Positions 24,274 to 32,000 of a stretch of 32,000 bases of DNA are shown here, piece by piece. A model generated the notes under the pieces. The model ran no database searches and had not been told where the DNA came from. It saw nothing but the letters and a program-made list of their open reading frames with translations. The position numbers and the translations under genes were made by a program. Origin of the DNA: Candidatus Thalassarchaeaceae archaeon (GTDB taxonomy: Archaea > Thermoplasmatota > Poseidoniia > Poseidoniales > Thalassarchaeaceae); NCBI GenBank assembly GCA_045568075.1, contig JBJLBP010000001.1, positions 720,001 to 752,000 of the forward strand. The letters are read 5' to 3'. Every line of letters starts with the position of its first letter. The first letter of the stretch is position 1.

Positions 24274-25275
24274 TCAAGCGGATAGTTCGCTGAGTAAGTT
24301 ATTCGCCGAGGAAGCGATTAGCACATCTTCGTATTCTGTGAGCGATTTTACAATCTCAAGAGTCGAATCAGGGACAGGGCGCCCAATCATGTCCTCGATG
24401 AGCCGCGAGCGAAGTTCGGGACTTCTTGACTCATCGGAGAGTAAGGAATCACGCAGAGCGGCTGCTTCTGCGTTCCGCTCACCCCTGAGAATTCTCTCGA
24501 GCAATGATTCCGAGGCCTCGGCTCGGAGTTGGGATGGTAATCCATCGACGGATGCCCAATCCGCTCGGCGCAGGGTTTTGGCGAAGCGGCTGACGAATGC
24601 GGTATCGGAATCACCAATCCAATCGTTCAGTGATTCAGGGGAGTCGGCGATGAGCAATGCGGCGATTCGCGCTTTTGTCTCGCCGGTTGAGGTGCCGCCG
24701 AGTTCGGCGAGGCGAGTACTCTGATTTTCTGAAAGTGGCGTATCACTCTCCTCGATGATTCCTAGAGTTGCGTTTCGAACAGCTTCGGAATCATCGTTCA
24801 GAAGTCTCAGAAGTAAACCTTCATCGACTTCTTCTTGCTTCGATAATCGAATTACTGCGGACTTACGAATCGCTCTATCTGTCGACTCAAGCCCAGCATT
24901 CACCGCGCCCTCGTCTAGATCCATTCGTGACTGCCAAGCCGCCAATCGAATGCTTGGATCATCATCCGAGCAAAGTCCAGTTAGGACTGCTAATCCAGCC
25001 TTATTGGCACGATTGGCGATGCGAGCGGCTAGCAAGCGTCGCGAGTCCTGAGGTGAAGCGGCTAGTCTCTCAATAAGTGCGAGATCCTTACTCGCTGCCC
25101 AACGATCGATTGCCTCCATTGCCTTCTCTCGGAACCATGGGTCCTGATCCTCTAGCAACTTGATGAATCCACCGAGGGCCTCAGAATCATCCAGCTCGAA
25201 CAAAAGCCGAACCGCTCGACGGCGCTGGCGCACATCGGCGTGATTCAACTTCGCCAGCGCAGGTCTGACACTCAT
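24274..25275 (-). CDS. HEAT-repeat (PBS-lyase-type) protein
   Basis: Repeated 'D..VR..A...L' helical hairpins: 'DVRQRRRAVRLLFEL', 'DQDPWFREKAMEAI', 'DDDPSIRLAAWQS', 'STDRAIRKSAVIRL', 'DDSEAVRNATLGII'. I prefer the start at ATG 25275. The ORF-track start at 25347 adds 24 non-HEAT residues. Confidence 0.65.
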   Translation of the reverse strand: MSVRPALAKLNHADVRQRRRAVRLLFELDDSEALGGFIKLLEDQDPWFREKAMEAIDRWAASKDLALIERLAASPQDSRRLLAARIANRANKAGLAVLTGLCSDDDPSIRLAAWQSRMDLDEGAVNAGLESTDRAIRKSAVIRLSKQEEVDEGLLLRLLNDDSEAVRNATLGIIEESDTPLSENQSTRLAELGGTSTGETKARIAALLIADSPESLNDWIGDSDTAFVSRFAKTLRRADWASVDGLPSQLRAEASESLLERILRGERNAEAAALRDSLLSDESRSPELRSRLIEDMIGRPVPDSTLEIVKSLTEYEDVLIASSANNLLSELSA

Positions 25276-25356
25276 CGTCCTCGGCACCAACGAGGTTGAG
25301 ATGAACACTCCGCCCGTGCAAACCCTGCAAATCGATTCGGATTCCAACCCGTTGGC

Positions 25357-26382
25357 TCAAGGAATGAGGTCTTCATGCCCGCCAACCATCGGAGGTTCAT
25401 CATCATCCCAATCACCAGGAGACTCGAGGTCGATGGAGAGTAGTTGCCCGAATAGAGGCCACATCGGCTGTAACCATTCCATCTCTGCCATCAACAATTC
25501 AAACACTGGATGTTCGACGAGGTCATCCTCCGTCGCATCCTCGTCGAGAGGCGGGATGTCTGCAGGCATCCCGCGCAGAGATTCCACCAATTCCTCAATC
25601 CTCGAAACTGTTTCATCGTCAATCTCCACGAGTTCAACGATGATGTTGATTGCATCTTCGATATGGTCAGCGAGAGAGTGTGGATTGAGTGGTCCGCGCT
25701 CGTCCTCAGAGAGGTCCATCGGCCCGAACACCACACTTCCCAACTCAGTGTCTAACCAGTCATCTCCCTGCCTCTCTCGCTTGAGAAGAATCTGCTGGAT
25801 TGGCCCACCGAACGGCCCGAGTACGAATCCACCTTCTTCGACCATCCCAGCAACAGTCAGTGGAATCTCTTTCACAGCTCCAGTAATCAGCACGCGGTCG
25901 ACTCGGCGAGCGAGTTCGTCCGCGTCGTCGAGTGCTTCCACTGGCAGCGCTCGAACCAAACCCTTTGAGTCATGAAATTCGAGGCGCTCGGACGTGTGCT
26001 CAAGCACCGCCGCATGCGGCTCGACAACAGTAACCATCCCGCTCTCGCCAACCAAATAATCGATGAGAGCGGCAAGATAACCTCCCTTTGCCCCGATAAG
26101 AAGGACGTGTTGTCCAAGTCGTAGTTCTAGGTGGTGAAGCAGCGTAGCAATCATGTGAGGGGCAGAAATCATCTTTGCAGCATCAAATTCTGTAATCAAA
26201 AAGGGCACAGGTCGATCACGCCAAAACGCATCTAGATCGAAATCGGTAAACGAACCAACATACACTTGCTGCATCGCTTCTTCGACCTCAGAGTCTAATG
26301 GAACACCGCTCTTTCGCAGCCGCTCCAACAGGTCTTGCAAGGGGTTCAACGACTCACCACGAGCAGACTTTTCCACCACCAA
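25357..26382 (-). CDS. Protein-L-isoaspartate O-methyltransferase (PIMT)-like protein with a divergent motif I and a ~120-aa acidic C-terminal extension
   Basis: 'MISAPHMIATLLHHLELRLGQHVLLIGAKGGYLAALIDYLVGESGMVTVVE' aligns to the PIMT 'TISAPHM...VLEIGTGSGY...' core, followed by 'DRVLITGAVKEIP' and 'VVFGPM'. The start is a TTG at 26382 or a nearby GTG. Confidence 0.65.
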   Translation of the reverse strand: MVVEKSARGESLNPLQDLLERLRKSGVPLDSEVEEAMQQVYVGSFTDFDLDAFWRDRPVPFLITEFDAAKMISAPHMIATLLHHLELRLGQHVLLIGAKGGYLAALIDYLVGESGMVTVVEPHAAVLEHTSERLEFHDSKGLVRALPVEALDDADELARRVDRVLITGAVKEIPLTVAGMVEEGGFVLGPFGGPIQQILLKRERQGDDWLDTELGSVVFGPMDLSEDERGPLNPHSLADHIEDAINIIVELVEIDDETVSRIEELVESLRGMPADIPPLDEDATEDDLVEHPVFELLMAEMEWLQPMWPLFGQLLSIDLESPGDWDDDEPPMVGGHEDLIP

Positions 26383-26416
26383 TCATTTGAACACGTCGCG
26401 CCCGCGTTCTGTCTCA

Positions 26417-26492
26417 GGGCCCGTGGTCTAGGGGTTATGACGTCGCTCTTACAAAGCGAAGATCACCGGTTCAATTCCGGTCGGGCCCACCA
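26417..26492 (+). tRNA. tRNA-Val (anticodon UAC), genomically encoded CCA
   Basis: Hand-folded. Acceptor GGGCCCG/CGGGCCC, anticodon stem TCGCT/AGCGA with loop CTTACAA, T-arm ACCGG-TTCAATT-CCGGT, discriminator A, then CCA. Confidence 0.92.
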
Positions 26493-26617
26493 AATAGGAC
26501 ACAATTGATGCTAATCTTTGATTTTGTGGACCGATTCAATTTCAGTTCTAGAATCGGGTGAAAAACTCGGCTTTGGGCCTGTGAAAGAATCAAGAAGGAC
26601 AAGGCGAGCGAGCAAAT

Positions 26618-27304
26618 GTGGTCGAAGAGACTGCCGCGCTCGCTTCGCGGCTGAGCCGGAGACTCCGGAAGCGGGGCTGGAGCGTTGCTACTGCTGAGTC
26701 TTGTACCGGTGGACTGCTCGCTTCCACCTTCACTGATATCTCCGGCGCAACCAATTGGTTTGACCAAGGTTGGGTCGTCTACAATAACGAAGCAAAAATG
26801 CGCGAATTGGGCGTCGAAAAGAACGCTTTTGACAAGGGCGAGGCTGGCGCTGTCTCGCACCAGGTTGCTCTACAGATGGCGCGTGGCGCTCGACATCGCT
26901 CCAATGCTGAGGTGTCTGTCGCTATCACTGGCATAGCCGGCCCTGGTGGTGCAACCCCGAAAAAGGAGGTCGGATTAGTTCACGTTGCTGTTACTGCGGG
27001 TGATCAATTCCTCGTTCGCCGCCGTGATTTTGGCGAGAACGATCGATTGGACAACAAGAAATCATTCGTTTCCTTCGCCCTACGCTTGACTCTCGAACTC
27101 CTCGACAGAGTCGATGCCGATGATGCGCGTCTAGCGGAGTTGGAAAGCCGAGAGGAGAATGACCAGCAGGTCGACACATCGAGCATGGATCCGAAATCCG
27201 AGCAATGGGTTGGAAGTTTGTCTTGGGCTGATGATGAGACCAAGACAGTCGCTGCAGAGATCAAGAGAGTCGATCTTGCCTCATTGACAGATTGGGATGA
27301 GTAA
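26618..27304 (+). CDS. pncC: CinA C-terminal domain / nicotinamide-nucleotide amidohydrolase (PncC-like) with an acidic C-terminal extension
   Basis: 'TAESCTGGLLAS..T...GA...F..G.V.Y.NEAK...LGV' and 'VAITGIAGPGG' are CinA/PncC hallmarks. GTG start. The last ~70 aa are acidic and not part of the usual domain. Confidence 0.85.
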   Translation: MVEETAALASRLSRRLRKRGWSVATAESCTGGLLASTFTDISGATNWFDQGWVVYNNEAKMRELGVEKNAFDKGEAGAVSHQVALQMARGARHRSNAEVSVAITGIAGPGGATPKKEVGLVHVAVTAGDQFLVRRRDFGENDRLDNKKSFVSFALRLTLELLDRVDADDARLAELESREENDQQVDTSSMDPKSEQWVGSLSWADDETKTVAAEIKRVDLASLTDWDE

Positions 27305-27377
27305 TCCTCTCTCGACTCGGCTCTACGAGCCGGAACGGGCGATATCATCATGAGCGGTCCGATATGACCTGCAGCGG

Positions 27378-29018
27378 ATGACCGGTGAGACTTGGGCAGA
27401 AAGGAGCCGTGCTCTTGCTGCTGCAGGCCTCATCGTCATGGGTCAAGAGGCGAAGAACAAGATTGAGGATCTACCCAGCCTCTCTCCACTCATCGAGGCT
27501 GCGTCCGCCAGTGAAACAAGACTTCTGACTGGCCAGGTTATCGACGAGTTACTGGCATTCGTCACTACCGAGGCAACTATCGAAGCCAGCTCGCCAACTC
27601 CCCTTGCTCCTCCGATTACCCAAACTCTCCAAGCCACGTTGGCGCGTCCTGAGACCGGCGAGGTCATCGGTCGAACAATTGCTCCAGTCTCCTCAAGCGA
27701 ACCCGCACCTCCACCTCGTCCGCATGGCCTCGAACACTACCGATTGGAAGACTTCCCAATGCAAGCTCGCGATGTCGATGCAGAGATTGAGATTCACTTC
27801 GACATCACTGGCGCATCGAAGACGGAGGGCAAGATGACCGACATACGTTCATTCTTCTCCGACCGCCTGAAACAAATCCGCAATCTAATGATTACAGGCG
27901 GTGCCTTGCCACGCCGTCCAGTCAGCGTTGCTGAGGCGTGGAGAAACAGACAACGGCATACATCGAAAGATTACGAAATCACTCTGGTCGGACTCGCTTC
28001 CGAATCGCGCTGGACTCGTTCTGGCAATCTCAGCTTCGTGCTTGAAGACGAGACTCAGAACATTCAGTGCTCTCTCAGACCGCCCACCGGAACAGCCCCC
28101 TTGCATCCAGCGGTGGACGGTCTGATGAACGACGATGTAGTCGGAATCAGCGGTCATTTCCTTCTCGGAGAGAGAAGCCCTCGTTTCATGGCATCAAACA
28201 TTCACCTCCCTCCGATGAAGCAGCATTCGAAGGCGACCGCTAGTGCAGATAGAGCCGTTTCAGCGGCGTTCCTTTCAGACGTTCATGTGGGTTCGAAGAC
28301 CTTTCTGGGGCCGCAGTGGGAGAAGATGATTCAGTGGTTCAATACCGACCCTCTGGCAAAGACTGTGAAGTATTTCGTTCTGAGTGGAGATGGGGTCGAT
28401 GGAGTTGGAATCTATCCGGGTCAAGAGCGCCATCTTGCGATTACTGACCTTTTTGCTCAATATGGCGAACTCGCCCGCCTCCTCGAAGGCCTCCCCGACT
28501 GGGTAGATGTGGTCATACTTCCAGGAAACCACGATGCAGTTCGGCCCGCAGAGCCACAACCTGCGTTGGATCCTGAGGTTCAGCAGGATTACTCGGACAC
28601 CGTTTTTGTTGGAAATCCGTGTGATTTCAGTTTACACGGTGTCCGTATCCTCTCGTATCACGGCAAGAGTATCGACGACTTCGTTGCCGGACTTCGCTCA
28701 GTGACTTACTCACAACCCGAGATGGCCATGCGAGCGATGCTCGAGAGGCGTCACCTCGCTCCTTCTTGGGGCGGCAAGACCCCTCTCTCGCCTGAGCCGG
28801 AAGATCGCATGGTAATCCGCCAGATTCCCGACATTTTCGTCACGGGGCACGTTCATGGGCACTTTGTCGGTAATCACAAAGGTACAACAATGGTTCACTC
28901 ATCGACTTGGCAAGATCAGACAGATTACCAGCGTATGTTAGGATTCCAGCCGAAGCCTTGCATTTTGACTGTGATAAATTTGCATACGCATGAATCGGCT
29001 TCGATTCCGTTCGCGTGA
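27378..29018 (+). CDS. polB: DNA polymerase D (Pol II) small subunit DP1
   Basis: Mre11-like phosphoesterase motifs 'AFLSDVHVGSKTF', 'VLSGDGVDGVGIYPGQ', 'ILPGNHDAVR', 'SYHGKSIDD', 'FVTGHVHG', preceded by an OB-like region. Size and order are typical of euryarchaeal DP1. Confidence 0.9.
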   Translation: MTGETWAERSRALAAAGLIVMGQEAKNKIEDLPSLSPLIEAASASETRLLTGQVIDELLAFVTTEATIEASSPTPLAPPITQTLQATLARPETGEVIGRTIAPVSSSEPAPPPRPHGLEHYRLEDFPMQARDVDAEIEIHFDITGASKTEGKMTDIRSFFSDRLKQIRNLMITGGALPRRPVSVAEAWRNRQRHTSKDYEITLVGLASESRWTRSGNLSFVLEDETQNIQCSLRPPTGTAPLHPAVDGLMNDDVVGISGHFLLGERSPRFMASNIHLPPMKQHSKATASADRAVSAAFLSDVHVGSKTFLGPQWEKMIQWFNTDPLAKTVKYFVLSGDGVDGVGIYPGQERHLAITDLFAQYGELARLLEGLPDWVDVVILPGNHDAVRPAEPQPALDPEVQQDYSDTVFVGNPCDFSLHGVRILSYHGKSIDDFVAGLRSVTYSQPEMAMRAMLERRHLAPSWGGKTPLSPEPEDRMVIRQIPDIFVTGHVHGHFVGNHKGTTMVHSSTWQDQTDYQRMLGFQPKPCILTVINLHTHESASIPFA

Positions 29019-29043
29019 GAGTCGTTTAGCAATCTAATCCTAA

Positions 29044-29721
29044 TCAGTTGGATGGAAAAGGCTCTCCGAAGATTGGCAGCCATATGTCTCGCAGGTCCTT
29101 GCCTTCGACGATGGGTACTTCGGCTGCAACAAATGCATCGGATCCACGATCAGAAGCTGGATTGAAGCCGACGAAGCGCGAGCCGGGAATCATCATTGAG
29201 AGGTCCGGTCCGGAATCACCCACCGAGACGATGTGAGCAGGATCGATTCCGTTGATTTGAGCAAGTTTCTTGACCATTGAGCCCTTATCGTGCGAATCAA
29301 CAACGGTTGGCTTAGCGCCAACGAGCCAGCCCGCGTCGTCCCATTCGAATCCATTTGCTGCCCAATCATCGACCTTAAGCATCTGAGCGATTGAGCCGAT
29401 GAGAAGGTCAACTCCGGATGAAACGATGGCAACAAGGATGCCACGCGCTTGCAGTTCTCCGACGACTTCACGAGCGCCCGGCATCAATTTGATTCCAGAG
29501 TAGCAGCGCATGATTTCGTCACGATGAATGAAGGGCTGAACTTCGCGCCACATCCGAAGGTCGTCCTCGACGAACTCCTCGTCGGTGATTTCCTTGCGAA
29601 GGAACTTGGCGAGCATTTCAGAATTCTCGGTACCGAAATATTCGTGGATATTTTGCCATGATGAAGCATTGTTGGCGAGTACTCCATCACAGTCGAAGGC
29701 AACGGCTCTGACCTCATGCAT
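29044..29721 (-). CDS. HAD-superfamily hydrolase, subfamily IB (phosphoserine phosphatase-like)
   Basis: Motif I 'VAFDCDGVL', motif II 'IVSSG', motif III 'HDKG...' plus 'VGDSGPDLSMM'. Confidence 0.8.
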   Translation of the reverse strand: MHEVRAVAFDCDGVLANNASSWQNIHEYFGTENSEMLAKFLRKEITDEEFVEDDLRMWREVQPFIHRDEIMRCYSGIKLMPGAREVVGELQARGILVAIVSSGVDLLIGSIAQMLKVDDWAANGFEWDDAGWLVGAKPTVVDSHDKGSMVKKLAQINGIDPAHIVSVGDSGPDLSMMIPGSRFVGFNPASDRGSDAFVAAEVPIVEGKDLRDIWLPIFGEPFPSN

Positions 29722-29825
29722 GTTTTCTATTGCAACTCGCTAAGCGTTTAGATTCTGCGTGCGACGAAAGTGCGAACTGACTCGCAAAGGGTTGGATTCA
29801 TTGCCTTCGGTACTTTGGGTTCAAC

Positions 29826-30092
29826 ATGGCCGAAGATACCGCGACTGATCTCGCGATTAAGGTGAAGATGCTCTTCTTCGGCCCACTTGCCGAGAAGATG
29901 GGCGAACGCGAGATCGAAGTTGCCCTGCTTCAAGGATCGAGCGTTCGGGACCTAATGGACCGATTTCGACTAACCCCCCTTCTTGATAGTGGCCTGCGCG
30001 TGGCTGTGAACGATGAAATCGGGCCCGATATGGATGCACCCTTGGCTGATGCATCAGAAGTGGCATTTCTACCACCGGTTTCTGGTGGTTGA
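29826..30092 (+). CDS. moaD: MoaD-family sulfur carrier / ubiquitin-like SAMP (C-terminal GG)
   Basis: 'KVKMLFFGPLAEKMGEREIEV' and the terminal 'EVAFLPPVSGG*' fit MoaD. The true start may be the internal GTG (VKMLFF...). Confidence 0.8.
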   Translation: MAEDTATDLAIKVKMLFFGPLAEKMGEREIEVALLQGSSVRDLMDRFRLTPLLDSGLRVAVNDEIGPDMDAPLADASEVAFLPPVSGG

Positions 30093-30166
30093 GGCATATT
30101 CGCTGCCTAGGTGGCTGCTGTGCCGAAGCCTTTGAGTGAGGATGGCCACACCTCGATGCGAGCGAC

Positions 30167-30391
30167 ATGGCATTTGGCACGACTGAACTAGTCATCATCG
30201 GCATCCTGGCAATCTTCCTCTTTGGAGCAAAGAGGATTCCCGAACTCGCCCGAAATATGGGTCAAGCAAAGGGAGAATTTCAGGCTGGAATGTCCGAGGT
30301 AACATCTCCTTCCTCGGCTGAGGCGGACATGGATCGCGGCGGTGTTACCGAAGAGGTCGCTGCTGAGCCTGACACCGATGAGAGTGAATAA
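30167..30391 (+). CDS. tatA: Twin-arginine translocase subunit TatA/E
   Basis: 'GTTELVIIGILAIFLFGAKRIPELARNMGQAKGEF' shows the TM helix, the FG hinge and the amphipathic helix, followed by an acidic tail. Confidence 0.85.
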   Translation: MAFGTTELVIIGILAIFLFGAKRIPELARNMGQAKGEFQAGMSEVTSPSSAEADMDRGGVTEEVAAEPDTDESE

Positions 30392-30409
30392 TCAAACTCT
30401 GAGAGTATC

Positions 30410-30907
30410 TCATCGCTTCTTCTTCAATCGTAGTGCTGCGCCGCAATCGGGGCACTCTCCGTAATGTCTGCGGCGCTGATTTGGTGAATTTGGAGTAGGC
30501 TGCTCAGTACCACAACCAAGGCACCTGAGCTCCCAAGTCCAAACATCTGTAATTCCAGTCTCACCGACCGCCTGCCATTCAATTCCAATGGCGGCAGCAA
30601 TATTTTGCATTCGATAATCATCTGTAACGAGAATTGCCGACTTTTCGAAGGCTAGTGCCACCAAGGCTAGGTCGATGCCCGACAGTCCGCTCATATCCCC
30701 ACTCTCGCGAGCTGCCTTAGCAGCCGATTCCAGCGAATCTCCGCTCGGCTCAGTGAATACCAATCCAAGACCATCAATAATCGCGGCCCTATCAGGCGAA
30801 ATTCGCTGTAATTCTTCCTCTTGCGCGGCGACTACCAAACCTCCGGAGAGTTCGGGCAATGGCCAACCGATGAGGGCGGAGGTGTCGAGGACGCGTGCTC
30901 CGGTCAC
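30410..30907 (-). CDS. nob1: Nob1-like endoribonuclease (PIN domain plus C-terminal zinc ribbon)
   Basis: PIN signature 'RVLDTSALI' and 'ILVTDDYRMQNIAAAIG', then 'CLGCG...CPDCG'. I prefer the GTG at 30907 (MTGARVLDTS...). The ORF-track ATG at 31033 would overlap the divergent gene that starts at 31008. Confidence 0.75.
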   Translation of the reverse strand: MTGARVLDTSALIGWPLPELSGGLVVAAQEEELQRISPDRAAIIDGLGLVFTEPSGDSLESAAKAARESGDMSGLSGIDLALVALAFEKSAILVTDDYRMQNIAAAIGIEWQAVGETGITDVWTWELRCLGCGTEQPTPNSPNQRRRHYGECPDCGAALRLKKKR

Positions 30908-31007
30908 AAAGCCGGGTGAGCGCGCTGGCCTATCAGGGGTGGGGTAGCGGCTCGGAGCTTGGCAGCGGGCGGCAACCTTCATCCCGAAATGGACGGAGGA
31001 AGCAACT

Positions 31008-31607
31008 GTGCAGGACATCGTACCGCAGGACATTGTTGATTCGGCTGTCGAGTGGGCCGATGGCCTAGGCTACCTCGGATTGGCTATACTTTCCGCCACC
31101 GAGGCAGCCCTGCAACCTGTTCCGCCGGACCCACTCGTCTGGAGCATGATTCTTGATGCCGACAGCGGCGTAGTCGTCGCGACGATTGTCCTCGTAGCTA
31201 CAATGTCCAGTGTAATCGGAGCACTGATCGGTTATGCCATCGGGATGTATGCTGGAGGATGGGTGCTAGAGAGATTAGTATCCGATTCCACCATCGCTCG
31301 CCTCAACATTCTGGTTGAGCGATACGGCGTCGCGGGTATTTTCATCGCCGCTGTCTCTCCGATTCCATACAAGGCTCTAGCATGGATTGCTGGTGCCGGA
31401 AGAATGGATTTGAAACTCTTCGTAGCTGCAGGGATTTTTGGGCGCGGTTTGCGCTTCGGAATTCCTGGTGCTCTGCTCGGAATTTATGGCGATACAATGC
31501 TCGATTCACTAAATTGGATGACTTTCAGCCTCGCCGCAATCGTTGGTCTAGCGATTGTAGTCCCAGCGGCTCGTTGGTGGAATAGCCTCCTCGATGAAGA
31601 GGAATGA
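31008..31607 (+). CDS. YqaA/DedA (SNARE-associated) family membrane protein
   Basis: 'LAILSATEAALQPVPPDPLV', 'GALIGYAIGMYAG', 'RYGVAGIFIAAVSPIPYKALAWIAGAGRM' and 'GRGLRF' match the YqaA/DedA pattern. GTG start. Confidence 0.7.
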   Translation: MQDIVPQDIVDSAVEWADGLGYLGLAILSATEAALQPVPPDPLVWSMILDADSGVVVATIVLVATMSSVIGALIGYAIGMYAGGWVLERLVSDSTIARLNILVERYGVAGIFIAAVSPIPYKALAWIAGAGRMDLKLFVAAGIFGRGLRFGIPGALLGIYGDTMLDSLNWMTFSLAAIVGLAIVVPAARWWNSLLDEEE

Positions 31608-31676
31608 GTTATTTTCAATCTTGACAAACACGACACCCCACGCGTCTTATACCGCGTACGAGGCTCTGATTTCATC

Positions 31677-32000
31677 ATGGGAGGAGACTCGGGGCACTTC
31701 GATGTGACAGTTCGGGCATCTCTCGTCGTCGGACTTTGCTTCGCCCTAATCGCATCTTTTTCGATGCCAGCGATGGCTGACTCTCACACTCAGAATGCTG
31801 AGGCCATTTGGGTCAAGAACTCACAAGGTTTGTGGTGTTTGGAGGACTTGTCTTCCCAAGAAATAGTCTTCGTTGAGCCGGTTGCAGGAGTCAGTCTGCA
31901 CCCGATTGCCGGGGCCAAGGTTCTGGTTACCTTCACGACTGATCAAGAAGGGGTTTGGACCGTATATTCTGAGACTCTTCTATCCATGACGGGTTCTTCT
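31677..32000 (+). CDS. Hypothetical secreted protein, N-terminal part. It runs off the window and is not in the ORF track.
   Basis: My manual translation from ATG 31677 is MGGDSGHFDVTVRASLVVGLCFALIASFSMPAMADSHTQNAEAIWVKN..., with no stop through nt 32000. The signal-peptide-like h-region ends 'PAMA/D'. An AT-rich 'TCTTATAC' lies ~25 nt upstream. Confidence 0.5.
   Translation, partial: MGGDSGHFDVTVRASLVVGLCFALIASFSMPAMADSHTQNAEAIWVKNSQGLWCLEDLSSQEIVFVEPVAGVSLHPIAGAKVLVTFTTDQEGVWTVYSETLLSMTGSS

Noticed and set aside
25301-25975. 224-aa plus-strand ORF antisense to the PIMT-like gene. Similar long antisense ORFs occur at 18385-18924, 22035-22394, 10006-10347, 811-1197 and 2062-2442.
   Set aside because: They are Ser/Arg/Pro-rich, low-complexity translations lying opposite genes with strong family motifs. 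These are typical shadow ORFs of GC-rich coding DNA.
26493-26617. Possible C/D-box or other small RNA in the 125-nt spacer after tRNA-Val. I also looked at the spacers at 15883-16015 and 5996-6135.
   Set aside because: I found no proper C (RUGAUGA) plus D (CUGA) box pairs with terminal stems. There are only partial matches (e.g. 'TTGATGC') and short hairpins (CGCGCC-GTA-GGCGCG near 15962-15976). This cannot be supported by eye.
26471-26860. 129-aa minus-strand ORF spanning the tRNA-Val 3' end and the cinA 5' region
   Set aside because: It overlaps a well-folded tRNA and a CDS with clear CinA motifs, and its translation is not protein-like.
31008-31033. Overlap of divergent gene starts (nob1 ORF-track start at 31033 against the yqaA-like start at 31008)
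   Set aside because: It is resolved by moving the nob1 start to GTG 30907, which gives the canonical 'M-x4-VLDTSA' PIN N-terminus. The upstream 42 residues are Cys/Ser/Pro-rich and not PIN-like.
1-32000. CRISPR arrays, IS elements/transposases, integrases, toxin-antitoxin pairs, rRNA or large ncRNAs
   Set aside because: The longest non-coding stretch is ~140 nt. I saw no tandem or interspersed repeats, and no ORF has transposase, integrase or Cas motifs. The Cas4-like nuclease has no CRISPR context.

Overview
This window looks like an archaeal chromosome segment, most likely a marine Euryarchaeota or Thermoplasmatota-type heterotroph such as the Poseidoniales (my inference from gene content). 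It is about 90% coding and roughly 55-60% GC. The archaeal markers are the conserved L44e-S27e-aIF2alpha-Nop10-PAC2 cluster, L37e, the PolD small subunit (DP1), Nob1, an archaeal-type TyrRS, and two tRNA genes (Ser-CGA, Val-UAC), both with encoded CCA. Mixed in are many bacterial-type metabolic and housekeeping genes: PurF, EtfAB, glutaryl-CoA dehydrogenase, a second acyl-CoA dehydrogenase, MvaS-type HMG-CoA synthase, dipeptidase E, a class II CCA-adding enzyme, CinA/PncC, TatA, YqaA/DedA and GtrA. I found no CRISPR array, transposase, integrase, rRNA or recognisable defence system. The best candidates for something undescribed are listed here in order of interest. (1) At the left edge, a 613-aa Cas4/EXO5-like Fe-S PD-(D/E)XK nuclease is fused to two OB folds. 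It follows an unrecognisable gene and ends 36 nt from the 3' end of tRNA-Ser. (2) A roughly 2.4 kb low-GC envelope islet splits the etfBA and glutaryl-CoA dehydrogenase genes. (3) A GcvH-like protein lacks the lipoyl-lysine and carries a proline-rich acidic insertion. (4) A divergent PIMT-like protein sits in tandem with a HEAT-repeat protein. (5) A bacterial class II CCA enzyme occurs in an archaeal context. All product calls rest on motif recognition by eye. No searches were run.
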